Shown piece after piece: positions 35,921 to 47,121 of a DNA stretch of 64,000 nucleotides. The stretch comes from Vicugna vicugna (lineage: Eukaryota), in assembly GCA_013265495.1 (NCBI GenBank), contig MU058531.1, positions 426,678 to 490,677 on the forward strand, given 5' to 3'. How positions within the stretch are numbered: position 1 is the first letter of the stretch; each line of letters begins with the position of its first letter. Below the pieces are notes generated by a model. The model was not told the DNA's origin, searched no databases, and was given only the letters and a program-made list of their open reading frames with translations. A program made the translations under genes and the position numbers.

Positions 35921-37969
35921 GTCTTTCAGTCTTGCATCAATTTTCATTTATTTTATAATTCTGTTTTCAGAATAGTTTGTCTTGGGGCACCAAGGCTCCA
36001 CTTTGGCCTCATGAAGATGACATGGCAAACATCCCCAACTCACAGGATGCCAGTCTCACTGCTAGGATAACAATGACAGTAACAGTTGACATCAGAAAGT
36101 ACTTAGTCTTTTCTTGTTTGGTAATTATAACCTCCTTATCACCAAGTAGAATTGTCTTACCACTGACGATCTACAGCTAACTAGGCAGCTTAAGCAGAAA
36201 AAAATAATTGTGCTTCTTTACTATTAATTAGATTTTATTTTTGTCACATGATGTGGTTTTAGATGCTTACTTCCTCCCTGCACCACCCCGTATCCTAGTT
36301 ACCAGCATCCCTTTTTTTGGATCTCATGTGTGATGTTTATATAGTATCCTTGTTTACCATCTCATTTCGATGTTTCCATTTGTCCGGTGCAGTCGTGACT
36401 TTAGGGTGATTTCTTACAACAACTCCATTTCTCTGAGAACTGTCCCCACCTGTAGGGAGGGGTTCTTGCAGACAGTTTGGTGTTGTGTGACTCTGCCCCT
36501 TAGCCAAAACACCTGATCTGGATATCCAGTCTTATCTTCTCTGTGAGAATGAGCCTGTGTGTGGGGGGGTCTTGAAATGACATAAAGCTGTGAGACAGTC
36601 ATCTTCCACCAGCTTCTGTGCTGGGAAAAGGAGATAGACGCTCAGAGAGAAGCAGGGATGGAGAAAGATCATGGCTGGTTTTCTTGGTAACGGTTTCCTT
36701 TTCCAAAGCCTCCTGGGGTCTGGCTATCCTTGACATCAGTGCATTACTCAATATTCTCTTAATAATTTTTTTCTTCCCTTTCTTAAGGCAACTTCAGCTA
36801 TTTTTTGTTACCACTAGAAGAACTGTGGCCAAGTCATGTTATTAACAAGTGAAGAGCCTCTAATATAGTCCTTCAGAAGTCATATCTTCCTTTCTTCGTG
36901 TTGCATCTCGTTTTTCTTGCGAAGACTGCATAAGTGTCTTCTCTCAGAGCCCACAGGAACACACTGTGCCCTTGCGTTCCTTTGCCACTTGTGTTACGTG
37001 TTCCTGCTTTGAATTATGCTTGTCTCGGGTTCAGGCGATTTTTCGTGCTCTGTCAGGTGCTTCTCTGAGCCCCCTTCTCTGTCCTGCTGCACTTCTTGTC
37101 CTCTCGGGTTCAGGCATGCCACGTCCTTTTGGACTCGAGTTCCATCTACGACGTGCCTGTCCTCACTGGCTGGGGTCTCCGTCCACAGCAGTCCCCCCCC
37201 TGCAGCCTTTCTCCTCACTCCCCTTCACCTTCCTGGGTTTTGGACAGAGCTGCTCCTACTGAGGCAAGCACTTTTGTCTTCTTTCTTCAAGAACGACTGT
37301 CTTCCTACTGTTTTCTCATAGTCGCTCTTTTTCATCCCTAGCTGCTTCTCCCTTTTCCTTTTATTTAGTTTCCTCTTTGAACACAAAGCTGCTGCTTAAG
37401 ATTCCTTGAGCCGTTCCTGGAATCTTACCTTACTGTGGTCTTACTGGCCTGTATGTCTTCTCTGCAGGCATCTGGGCTGAGAAATGACATCCCAGTTTCC
37501 TCAGGCTCTGCCTGAGCGCCCTTTACTGTGGCCAGTTCTTAGCAAATTTGTTTGAGTAGGTTCTTTGTCATTCCAGAGGTTAAAAAGAAGACTGTATTAG
37601 CCTGGGTTCTCCAAAGAAACAGAATATGTCTATATCTATCCCTCTGTATATACACACACATATATATACACATACACATATATATATTCCTAATAAAGAA
37701 TAAGAAATTGGCTCATGTGTTATGGAGGCTGAGAGGTCCCAGGATCTGAGGTCAGCAAGCTGCAAATACAGGAGAACCAGTGATGTAAGCTTCGGTTTGA
37801 GTCCAAGTCCAAAGACAGGAGTAGACTGATGTCCCAGCTTGACAAAGACAAGGCAGGCAGAGAAAGTCTTACTCAGCCTTTTCGATCTATTCAGTCCTAC
37901 AACAGATTGGATGGGGCCCGCCCACGTTGGGGAGAGGAATCTGCTTTACTTAGTCTGCCTAGTCAAATT

Positions 37970-38102
37970 TACAAAAATATTTATTTTTGTCAAAGTATAG
38001 TCGATTTACAACGTTATATTAATTCCTGGTGTACAGCATAGTGATTCAGTTTTTTATATACATGTGTGCGTGTGTGTGTATATAAGTATATATATATGTG
38101 TG

Positions 38103-38134
<32 letters not shown>

Positions 38135-38887
38135 TATAGACACACACACAAATATACATATTCCTTTTCATATTCTTTTTCATTATAGGCCATTACATGG
38201 TATTGAATATAGTTCCCTGTGCTATGCAGCAGGTCCTTGTTGTTAATCTATTTTATATAAAGTAGTTAGCATGTCCAAATCCTGAACTCCCAGTTTATCC
38301 CCCCTGGCTTCCCCCTGGTAATCCTAAATTTGTTTTCTATGTCTGTGAGTCTGTTTCTATTTTGTAGTAAGTTCATTTGTGTCATTTTTTTTAAGATTCC
38401 ACATGTAAGTGATATCATATTGTGAAGGAAAAGCCCAGCTGGGCTAACAAGCTAACTCACAAATCTAAGTGTAACAAGTGTCGGATTACTGATCTGAGTT
38501 CTGCTGGGCTAACTTGTAAATCTGAGTTAATTATTGTTGGTTTGCTGATTCCCTGTTCATGTTTTTTTTGCTAGCCAGCTGGATTTTCAAAGAGACATAT
38601 CTGGCCTTGAAATGTTGGTTTGCTGCCTCCCTGCCTCTACTTTTGTGATAATGATGCTGCTAAAGCTGTTCCATGCCTATTGGCCAAATACCCCAAGCTT
38701 GTAATTAACCCTATAAAACCTCATGCACACGTCTTGGAGGTGCTCAGAGCTTCGGAGCAGAAGCCCCTCTGAGCCCGCCGGTGTAATACATCTGAGTACT
38801 CCAACCCTCCGAGTGGTGCTTGTTTCTTGGCTGGCCTGTTGTTTCCGTAACAATATGATATTTTTCTCTCTTTTTAGCTTATTTCTT
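37970..38887 (-). mobile_element. L1 3' end inside MLT2, itself split by an LTR
   Basis: AAGTATAGTCGATTTACAAC...GATTCCACATGTAAGTGATATCATAT | ATATGATATTTTTCTCTC; contains a TG/TA/CA microsatellite at ~38063-38150. Confidence 0.9.
38421..38852 (+). mobile_element. Young ERV1 (gamma-like) solo LTR, 432 bp
   Basis: TG...CA termini; perfect 4-bp TSD ATAT (38417-38420 and 38853-38856); ATTGG at 38679, TATAAAA at 38712, AATACA at the poly(A)-signal position 38785; CpGs retained. Confidence 0.92.
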
Positions 38888-40486
38888 AAATGTTAATCTC
38901 ATCCAGAAACATCCTCACAGACATAGTCTGAATAATGTTTAACCGAATATCTGGTCACTCTGTGGCCCAGTTAAACTGACATATAAAACTAGCCATCTCA
39001 GGGAGTTAAATTACCTCGACTGACAGTTCGTACCCACAAGGCATCTGAGACCTAGTGAATTCCCCAGGACTCATCTTCCCTTGGTGTCTTGTGGATCTGC
39101 GGTCCTGTTCTCAGTGAACTCTACTTTTCCTTAACTTCTCTCACACACGACTCCAGAGAAGGAATGAATTTGCACAAACTGTTCTTATATAAGGCACTTG
39201 AGGATAGCTAGACCTACAGCTGGGACAGGAAACAGAATTTCACTACATCAGTGCCACAAATCAAAATTACACAGTAGACAGTTCTATTAAAAAGCTACCC
39301 AGTCCCTCCACCTGCAGGGTGTCCTTACTGGGCTGCTTTCTCCCACCAAGTGCCTCAGCTGCCCCTTCTCCCTCTTTATCTCCCCCCTCTGTCCTGAAAC
39401 CCAGAATCCCTGTTTGATTCGCATGGACAGTAGTTTAGCTAATTCTTCATTGCAGTCCCTCCTTCCAAAGTGTCATGTGTAATTCACTTTTCCCACTCAA
39501 AGACTGTTCCCTCCTGAAAAGCTACTAAAATGCTAGTTTATTCCCTCCGCTTTGCTTGTTTATGCAGGTAATCATTCTTTCATTAAGCTTTAACAGGTAC
39601 CTGCTTAGCATCCATTAAGCATGGGGAAGCAAAAGGAAGGCGAAAGTTGTGTCAGAGTTTCAGGTGATGCTGCTGGTGTGTTGGGCTACGATGTAGTGTT
39701 TTCTTTTTTGTATTAAGGAGGAAGATACTGGATAAGAAGGAAAGAAATGAACTGTCTCCTAGCTTTAGAAATTCCAGCTCATGTAGAGGCTGAAAACTAA
39801 AACTAAAACATGAATGATCAAAGAAGTAAGTCTCACGTTTGTTAAGGCTACTGTTTTAAAAATTACAATAACAAATTTCCCATTGCTTGGAGAATTTATA
39901 GACTAGCAGGGAAAATCAGCAAGGAGGAAATTGCAGCACAGTATGACACCACAGGGGTCAACATGGGATGGCATGGATTTAGCATGGATGAGCAGCGGCC
40001 ATCATAGAGTATTTTTTAGAAATGGCACCACCTAACCTGAGTCTTGGATGTTTAGAAGACTTAGGCGTGTAATGAAGCATTTGTGTGTTGTTGTGTATTG
40101 GTGGGTGGAGGTGGGGTGTAATGATGAGGAAGATTCAACATCTCCAGAGGGATGTCTTACTGAAAGGATTCAACACATCCTAAATTAAACTCTAACCTTT
40201 TCCTCTAGTTTTGCTTTTCTTCTGACATCCCTCCTCAGTAGATGACACTAACACTCACCTAAACGTTCAGGCCAGAAGTTGGGCATCATCCTTGCCCATC
40301 CTCTCCCTCAACAAATGTATGCAGTCCGTCAGTTACCAAATCTGCCCTTTCAGAACCACTTTCAGAATCCTAAATATGCCATGACTCCTTTACCTCTGAA
40401 TGTTTGTAAATATTATTTCCTCTGTTTGGAACATCGTTCCTTTCTCATATATCACCCCCTTAGCTTGGCTAACTCATATTTTTCTT

Positions 40487-43400
40487 TCTCTTTATGTTTT
40501 TAATTGAAGTATAGTTGATATACAATATTAGTTTCATGTATACAACACAGTGACGATGTATACATTTCAAATTGATCACGATAAGTCTAGTAACCATTTA
40601 TCATCACAAAGTTATTGTAACTATTATTGACTATATTTTCTATGGTGTACATTACATCCTGATGACTTATTTATTTTGTATCTGGAAGTTTGACTTCTTA
40701 ATCCCATTTCTCTGTTTCGCGCAGTCTCCTACCCTCCTTCCCTCTGGCAGCCACCAGTTATTCTTTGTGTCTATGAGTCTCTTTCTCTTTTGTTATGTTT
40801 GTTCATTTGTTTTTTCTTAGATTCCACATAAGTGGAATCATGTAGTATTTGTCTTCTGTCGACATTTCACTTAGCATAATACTTTCCGTGTCCATCTATA
40901 TTGTTGCAAATGGCAAAATGTCATTCTTTTCTATGACTGAGTAATATTCCATCGTGTACATATCTATACCCCACCCCCACTGCAAATCTTCTTTATCCAT
41001 CCATCCATCTAGTGGGCACTAGGTTGCATCCATATCTTGGCTACTGTGAATAATGCTGCAATGAACAAGGGATGCATGTATCTTTTTTAATTAGTGTTTT
41101 TGTGTACCAGAATTGAAATTACTGGACTATATGATAACTCTAATTTCTTGAGGAAGCTCCATATGATTTAACATAGTAGCTGTGCCAATTTATATTCTCA
41201 CCAAGAGGGCACAAGAATTCCCTTTTCTCCACATCCTCACCAACATTTTTTTTTTGTTGTTGTTGTCTTTTTGATAATAACCATTCTGACAGGTGTGATG
41301 TGATATTTCATTATGGCTTTGATTTACATTTCTCTGATAATTAGTGACATTGAGCATCTTTCCGTGTGTTTTTTGGCCATCTGTATGCCTTTCTTGGAAA
41401 ATATCTATTTAGGTCCTCTCCTAATTTTTTAATATTTTTTTGATACTGAGTTGTATGAGCTCTTTATATATTTTGGATACTAACCCCTTATCAGATATAT
41501 CAATTGCTAATATTCTTTCCCACTCAGTGTGTTGCCTTTTCATTTTGTTGATGGTTTCCTTCACTGTGCAAAAACTTCTTAGTTTGACATAATCCCATTT
41601 GTTTACTTTTGTTTTTGCTGTTCTTGCCTAAGGAGACAGATCCCCCAAAAATACTGCTAAGACTGATGTTAGAGTATACTGCTTATCATTTCTTCTGGGA
41701 GTTTCATGGTTTCAGATTTTACCTTTAAGTCTTTAACTTGAGTTTATTTTGTACATGGTATGAGAAAATGATTCAGTGTCATTCTTTTGCATGTAGCTGC
41801 CCAGTTTTTCCAAAATCATATATTGAGGAGACAATCTTTTCTTCACTGCATAGTCTTGGCTCCTTTGTTGTAAATTTATTAACCATTTAAGAGTGGGTTT
41901 ATTAGAGTTCTCTATTCTGTTCCACTAATGCGTTCCTCTGTCAGTATATTGTTTTGGTTACCATAGCTTTGTGGTATAGCTTGAAATCAAGGAGCCTAAT
42001 GGCTCCAGCTTCGCTCTTCTTTCTCAAGGTTGCTTTGTTTATTTGGCATTTTTGAGGTTTGATACAAATTTTAGGATTTTTTTTCCAGTTCTGTGAAAAA
42101 CAACATTAGTATTTTGATAGGGATTGCATTGAATCTGGGAATGCTTTGGGTAGTATGGACATTTCAGCAGTATTTAATTCTTCCAATCTAAGAGCATGGT
42201 ATATCCCTCCATGTGTTGTGTGGTCTTAAATATCTTCCACTGATGAAAAGTACAGGTCTTTCACCACCATGGTTAGATTTATTCCAAAGTATTTATTCTT
42301 TTTGATGCAATTGTAAATGGGATTGTTTTCTTAATTTCTATTTCTGATAGTTCATTATTAGTGTATAGAAATGCAATAGGTTTTGGTATATTAATTTAAT
42401 ATACTGAAACTGAGTTCATTTATTAGTTGTAATAGTTTTTTGGTAGAGTCTTTAGAGTTTTGTATACATAGTATCATGTCATCTGCAAACAGTGACAGTT
42501 TTACCTCTTTTCAATTTTGATGGCTTTTGTCTCTCTCTGTCTCTTTTTTTTTTGTTTTGTTTTTTGTTTTTTGTTTAATTGCTGTGGCTAGGACCTCTAA
42601 TACTACCTGAATAAAAGTGGTGAGAGTGGGCATCCTTTTCTTATTCCTGATCATGGAGGAAATGCTTTCAGCTTTTCACCACTGAGTGTAATGTTAGATG
42701 TGTTTTTGTCATGTATGACCTTAATTATGTTGAGATATGTTTCCTATATCCCAACTTTGTTGAAAACTTTTATTGTAAACAGATGTTGAATTTTGTCATT
42801 TTTTTTTTGCATCTACTGAGATGATCATATGATTTTTATTCTTTGTGTTGTTAATGTACTTATCATGTTAATTGATTTGTGGATATTGAACCATTTTTGC
42901 ATCCTTGGAATTAATTTCACTTGATTGTAGTTTATGGTTCTTTTATTGTATTAATTGAATTTGGTTTGCTAATATTTCGTTGAGGATTTTTGCTTCTATA
43001 TTCATCCAGTATATTGGGCTGTAATTTTTCTATGTGTGTCTCTACCTGGTTTTGATATCAGGGTAATGCTGGCCTTGTAGAATGAGTTTGGAAACATTCT
43101 TCCTTATAAAAGGACAAGTATTAATGCTTGCTTAAATGTTTAGTAGAATCTACCTGTGAAACCATCTAGTCTTAGACTTTTGTTTGTTTAGAGTTTTTTG
43201 ATTACTGAATCAATTTCATTACTAGTGATCAGTCTGTTCAACTTTACTATTTCTTCCTATTTCAGTCTTGGAAGAGTATACATTTTGAAGATTTTATCTA
43301 TTCTAAGTTGTTCAATTTGTTGGCATATACATGTTTGTAGTAATCTCTTATGATCCTTTGTATTTCTGTGGTATCAGTTGTAACTTCTCTTTCATTTCTG

Positions 43401-46400
43401 ATTTTATATATTTGCACCCTTTATCTCTTTTTCTTTATGAGTCTGGTTAAAAGTTTATCAGTTTTGTTTATCTTTTCAAAAAAACAGCTCTTAGCTTCAT
43501 TGATCTTTTCTGTTGTTGTTGTTGCTGTTGTTTTAGTCTCTTTTTTATTTCTGCTCTGATCTTTATTTTTTCCTTTCCACCAACTTTGGGCTTTGCTTGT
43601 TCTTTTTCTAATTTCTTTGGGTGTAATAGTAGATTATTTGTATGAGACTTTTGTTTGTTTCCTGAAGTAGCCCTGTATTGCTATAAATGTCCCTCATAGA
43701 ATGACTTTTGCCATATCCTGTAGATTTTTGGATCATTTTGTTTCCATCTTAATTTGTCTCAAGGTACTTTATGATTTCTTCTTTTATTCTTTGTTGACCC
43801 TTTGGCTGCTTAGTAGCAAGTTGTTTAACCTCCATGTGTTTGTGTTTTTGCAGTTTTCTTTTTGAAATTGATTTCTAGCCTCCTGCCACTGTGTTGGGAA
43901 AGTGGCTTAATATAATCTCAATCTTTTTAAATTAATTGAGACTTGTTTTGTGGCCTAATATGTGATCTATCCTGGATAATGTTTGTTCCATGTGTACTTG
44001 AGGAGAATGTGTATTCTGCTCTTTTGGGGTGGAATGTTTCACATATATTAAGTCAGCCTGGTCAAATATTTCATTTAAGGCCAATGTTTTCATAATAATT
44101 TTCACTGTATGATCCATCCATTGATGTAAGTGGGGCATTAAAGTCCTCTACTATTACAGTATTCCTGTCAGTATCTCCTTACATACCTGTTAATATTTGC
44201 TTTCTGTACTTAGCTGCTCTTATGTTGGTGCTCTTATGTTGGTGCACAGATATTTACAAGTGTTATATCTACTCTTTGGATTGAGTCTTTTATCATTATG
44301 TAATGCCTTTTCTTGTGTTTTGTTACAGTCTTTGTTTTAAATCAATTTTGTCTGATATAAGTATTGCTACCCCAGTATTCTTTTCATTTTCATAGGATAT
44401 CTTTTCCATTCTTTTGTCTGTAGTCTGTGTGTGTCTTTAGGTCTGAAATGAGTCTCCTGTAAGCAGCATATTAATGAGCCTTGTGGTTTTTTTAATCCAG
44501 TGAACTAATCTAGGTATTTTGATTGGAGCATTTAGTCCATTTATATTTTAAAAAACTTTTTTGATTAAAACATTTTATTAAAGTATAGTTGACTGAGTCT
44601 ATTTACATGTAATTACTGATAGGTATGTATTTACTAGCATTTTGTTAATGCTTTTCTAATTTTTTTTGTCTTTTCTGTTCTGTTATTATTTTTCCTTGTG
44701 AATTGATGACTTTCTTGTGTATCAGTTACTGGTTTTTGGCTTGTGGTTATCATGAAGTTGATGTACAACAATTACATATAGCAGTCTATTTTGAGTTGAT
44801 GATCACTTACGTTTGAATGCATTCTAAAAACACTACATTTTTACCCCTCCCATTTTATGTCTTTGACAGCATGTTTCACATGTTTTCATTTTGTGTATTG
44901 CTTAAGTAATTTAGATACAGATGACTTTACTACTTTTGTCTTCTAACCTTCATACTTCATAGGTGGTTGATCCACTGCCTTTACTATATTTATGCCTTTA
45001 TCAGTGAGATTTTTTCTTTCATAATTTTCTTGTTTCTAGTTATGACTTTTTCTTTTCCACTTGAAGGAATCCCTTTAACATTTTTTGCAAGGCTGGTTCA
45101 GTGGTGATGAATTCCTTTAGTTCTTACTTATCTGGGAAACTTTTATATGTCCTTCAATTCTGAATGATAACCTTGCTGAGTAGAATATTCTTGGTTGTAC
45201 TTTTTTTTTCCCTTTCAGAACTTTGAATATATCATGCCTGTCCCAATGGGCCTATACATTTTCTGCTAAAAAAGTAGCTGATGATCTTATGGGGTCCCCT
45301 TATGCATAACTGGATATTTTTCTCTTGTTGCTTTTAAGGTTCTCTTTATCTTTAACTTGGCATTTTAGTTAATGTGTCTTGGTGTGGATCTCTTTGGGTT
45401 CCATCTTGTCTGGGTTGCTTTATGTTCCTAAACATGGATGTCTGGTTCCTTCTCCAGATTAGAAAAGTTTTCAGCCATTATTTCTTCAAATAGGTTTTCT
45501 GTCTCTTTCTTTCGCTTCTCCTCCTTGGCCCCCCATAATGCAAATGTTAGTTTTCTTGATGTTGTCTCAGACATCTCTTAAACTATTCTCATTTTTTTAA
45601 TTCTTTTTTTTTTCTTTACTGCTTTAGTTGGGTGATTCCATGTCTTCTAGATTGCTAATCTATCTTCTAATGTGCTGTCGATTTTCTCTAGTTTATTTTT
45701 CATTTTTGTTACTGTATTTTTTAGTTGTAATTGGTTCTTTCTTATATTTTCTTTTTGTTGAAGTTCTCACTATGTTCACCCATTCTTCTCCCAAGTTTGG
45801 TGAACATCTTTAGGACTATTGTTTTGAACTCTTTACTTAGTAAATTGCTTATCTCTGTTTTTCTTAGTTCTTTTTCTGAGATTTGTCTTGTTCTTTCTTT
45901 TGGAATGCACTCTTCAGTCTTTTCACTTTGCCCTAACTCTTTGTGTTTGTCTTTATGTATCAGGTGTATTGTCTGCATATCCTGGTCTTGAAAAAGTGGC
46001 CTTATGTAGATGGTGTCCTGTGGGGCCCATGGGCACAGTACCCCTGGGTCACTGGACCCAGGTGCTCTAAAGGTGTGCCCTGTGTGGGCTGTGTGCACCC
46101 TCCTGTCGTGATTCAGCTGCTGTTGCTGTAGGCATGCTGGTGGGTGGGGTTGGCTCCCAGACCAGCTGGCTGTGTGGCTTGCCAGCAACTGCTGTAGACA
46201 CCCTGGTGAGTGGGGTTGGTCCCTCACTTGACTGTCTAGTTTTTTGGTCATGAATATTTGGATGCTCCGGCATGGTGGTTGATCCTCTGGAGTGGGAGCC
46301 ACCTTGGAGAGATGCTTGTGCTGGTTGAAGCCTCTCACGCAGATGGGGTAGACCTAGCTCTCTAGAGTGGGAGCTGCCTTGGAGGTGCTGGCTGGGTTGA

Positions 46401-47121
46401 GTGGGTTGGTTCTCAGGGGAACACTGGGTGTGCAGTGTTAGCTAGGCTGATGGAGAGTGACAGAAATGGCACCTGCCAGTGCAGGGCCAGCTAGGTGGAG
46501 GATAAGTTAAAAGGGAAGAGGGGGGCCTCATAGTGCTACTGTCCCTGGAGAAAGTTCCCCCAGATTCCTGTCCCTCTGAGTTACATGCCTTAAAATTAGT
46601 CAGTGAATCTTCTTGTATTGTTCAGGTGTTTTTTAATCTGTTGCCTCTGCACTGGGACTTAGAGTGAATTTGTGCAGGAGGAGCCCTTCAAGAGTGGAGT
46701 CTTGATTTCCCACAGCTTTCTGGCTCTCTTAGATGTAAGCCCCACTGATTTTCAAAGCTAGACATTACAAGGGCTTGTCTTCCAGGTGTAGGTACCCCAG
46801 GCTGTGGAGCCTGACATTAGGCTGGGACCCTTTAGACAACAAGGGGAACCTCTATGGCTGTGACATCCATTCCAGTAGTGAATTGCCACGCAGGGGTGTG
46901 GGTTCTGACTGGAGCATGTCTCTGCTCCTCCTACCTGTCTTAATGTAGCCTTTTCTTTATATCCTTAGTTTTAAAAATCTGTTCTGCTATTCTTCAGGTC
47001 ATTCTCAGAGATAGTTGTTCTGTATGTAGTTCTAGTTTTGGTGTGTTTGTGGAAAGAGGTGAGTTCAAGATCTTCCTACTTCACCATCTTGATCTGGACC
47101 CTGCCCCACCCCCCCGGCCTC
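40487..47121 (-). mobile_element. Near full-length, decayed older L1 (5'UTR ~47100-46000, ORF1 ~45950-44950, ORF2 ~44540-41000, 3'UTR)
   Basis: Minus-strand 5' end CAAGATGGTGAAGTAGGAAGATCTTGAACTCACC. ORF1-like EISNLLSKEFKTIVLKM; endonuclease-like SRIDHILGHKTSLN. Many stops and frameshifts. Degenerate TSD CTCATA(-/C)TT(T/A)TTCTT at 40473-40486 and 47122-47136. Confidence 0.95.
44547..44595 (-). mobile_element. Extremely 5'-truncated L1 (~49 bp) nested in the long L1
   Basis: Carries the L1 terminal motif TTTTATTAAAGTATAGTTGA; flanked by 13-bp TSD AGTC(C/T)ATTTA(T/C)AT at 44534-44546 and 44596-44608. Confidence 0.75.

Larger units (their letters stand above)
37573..39000 (-). mobile_element. 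MLT2 (ERVL) solo LTR, interrupted at ~37970-38887
   Basis: TGTATTAG..GGGTTCTCCAAAGAAACAGAA...GAAATTGGCTCATG..ATGGAGGCTGAGA; resumes AAATGTTAATCTCATCCAGAAACATCCTCACAGAC...GGCCCAGTTAAACTGACATATAAAACTAGCCATCTCA. Confidence 0.9.

Noticed and set aside
45742..46338. 198-aa minus-strand ORF
   Set aside because: Decayed L1 5'UTR running into an ORF1 N-terminal remnant; not an independent gene.
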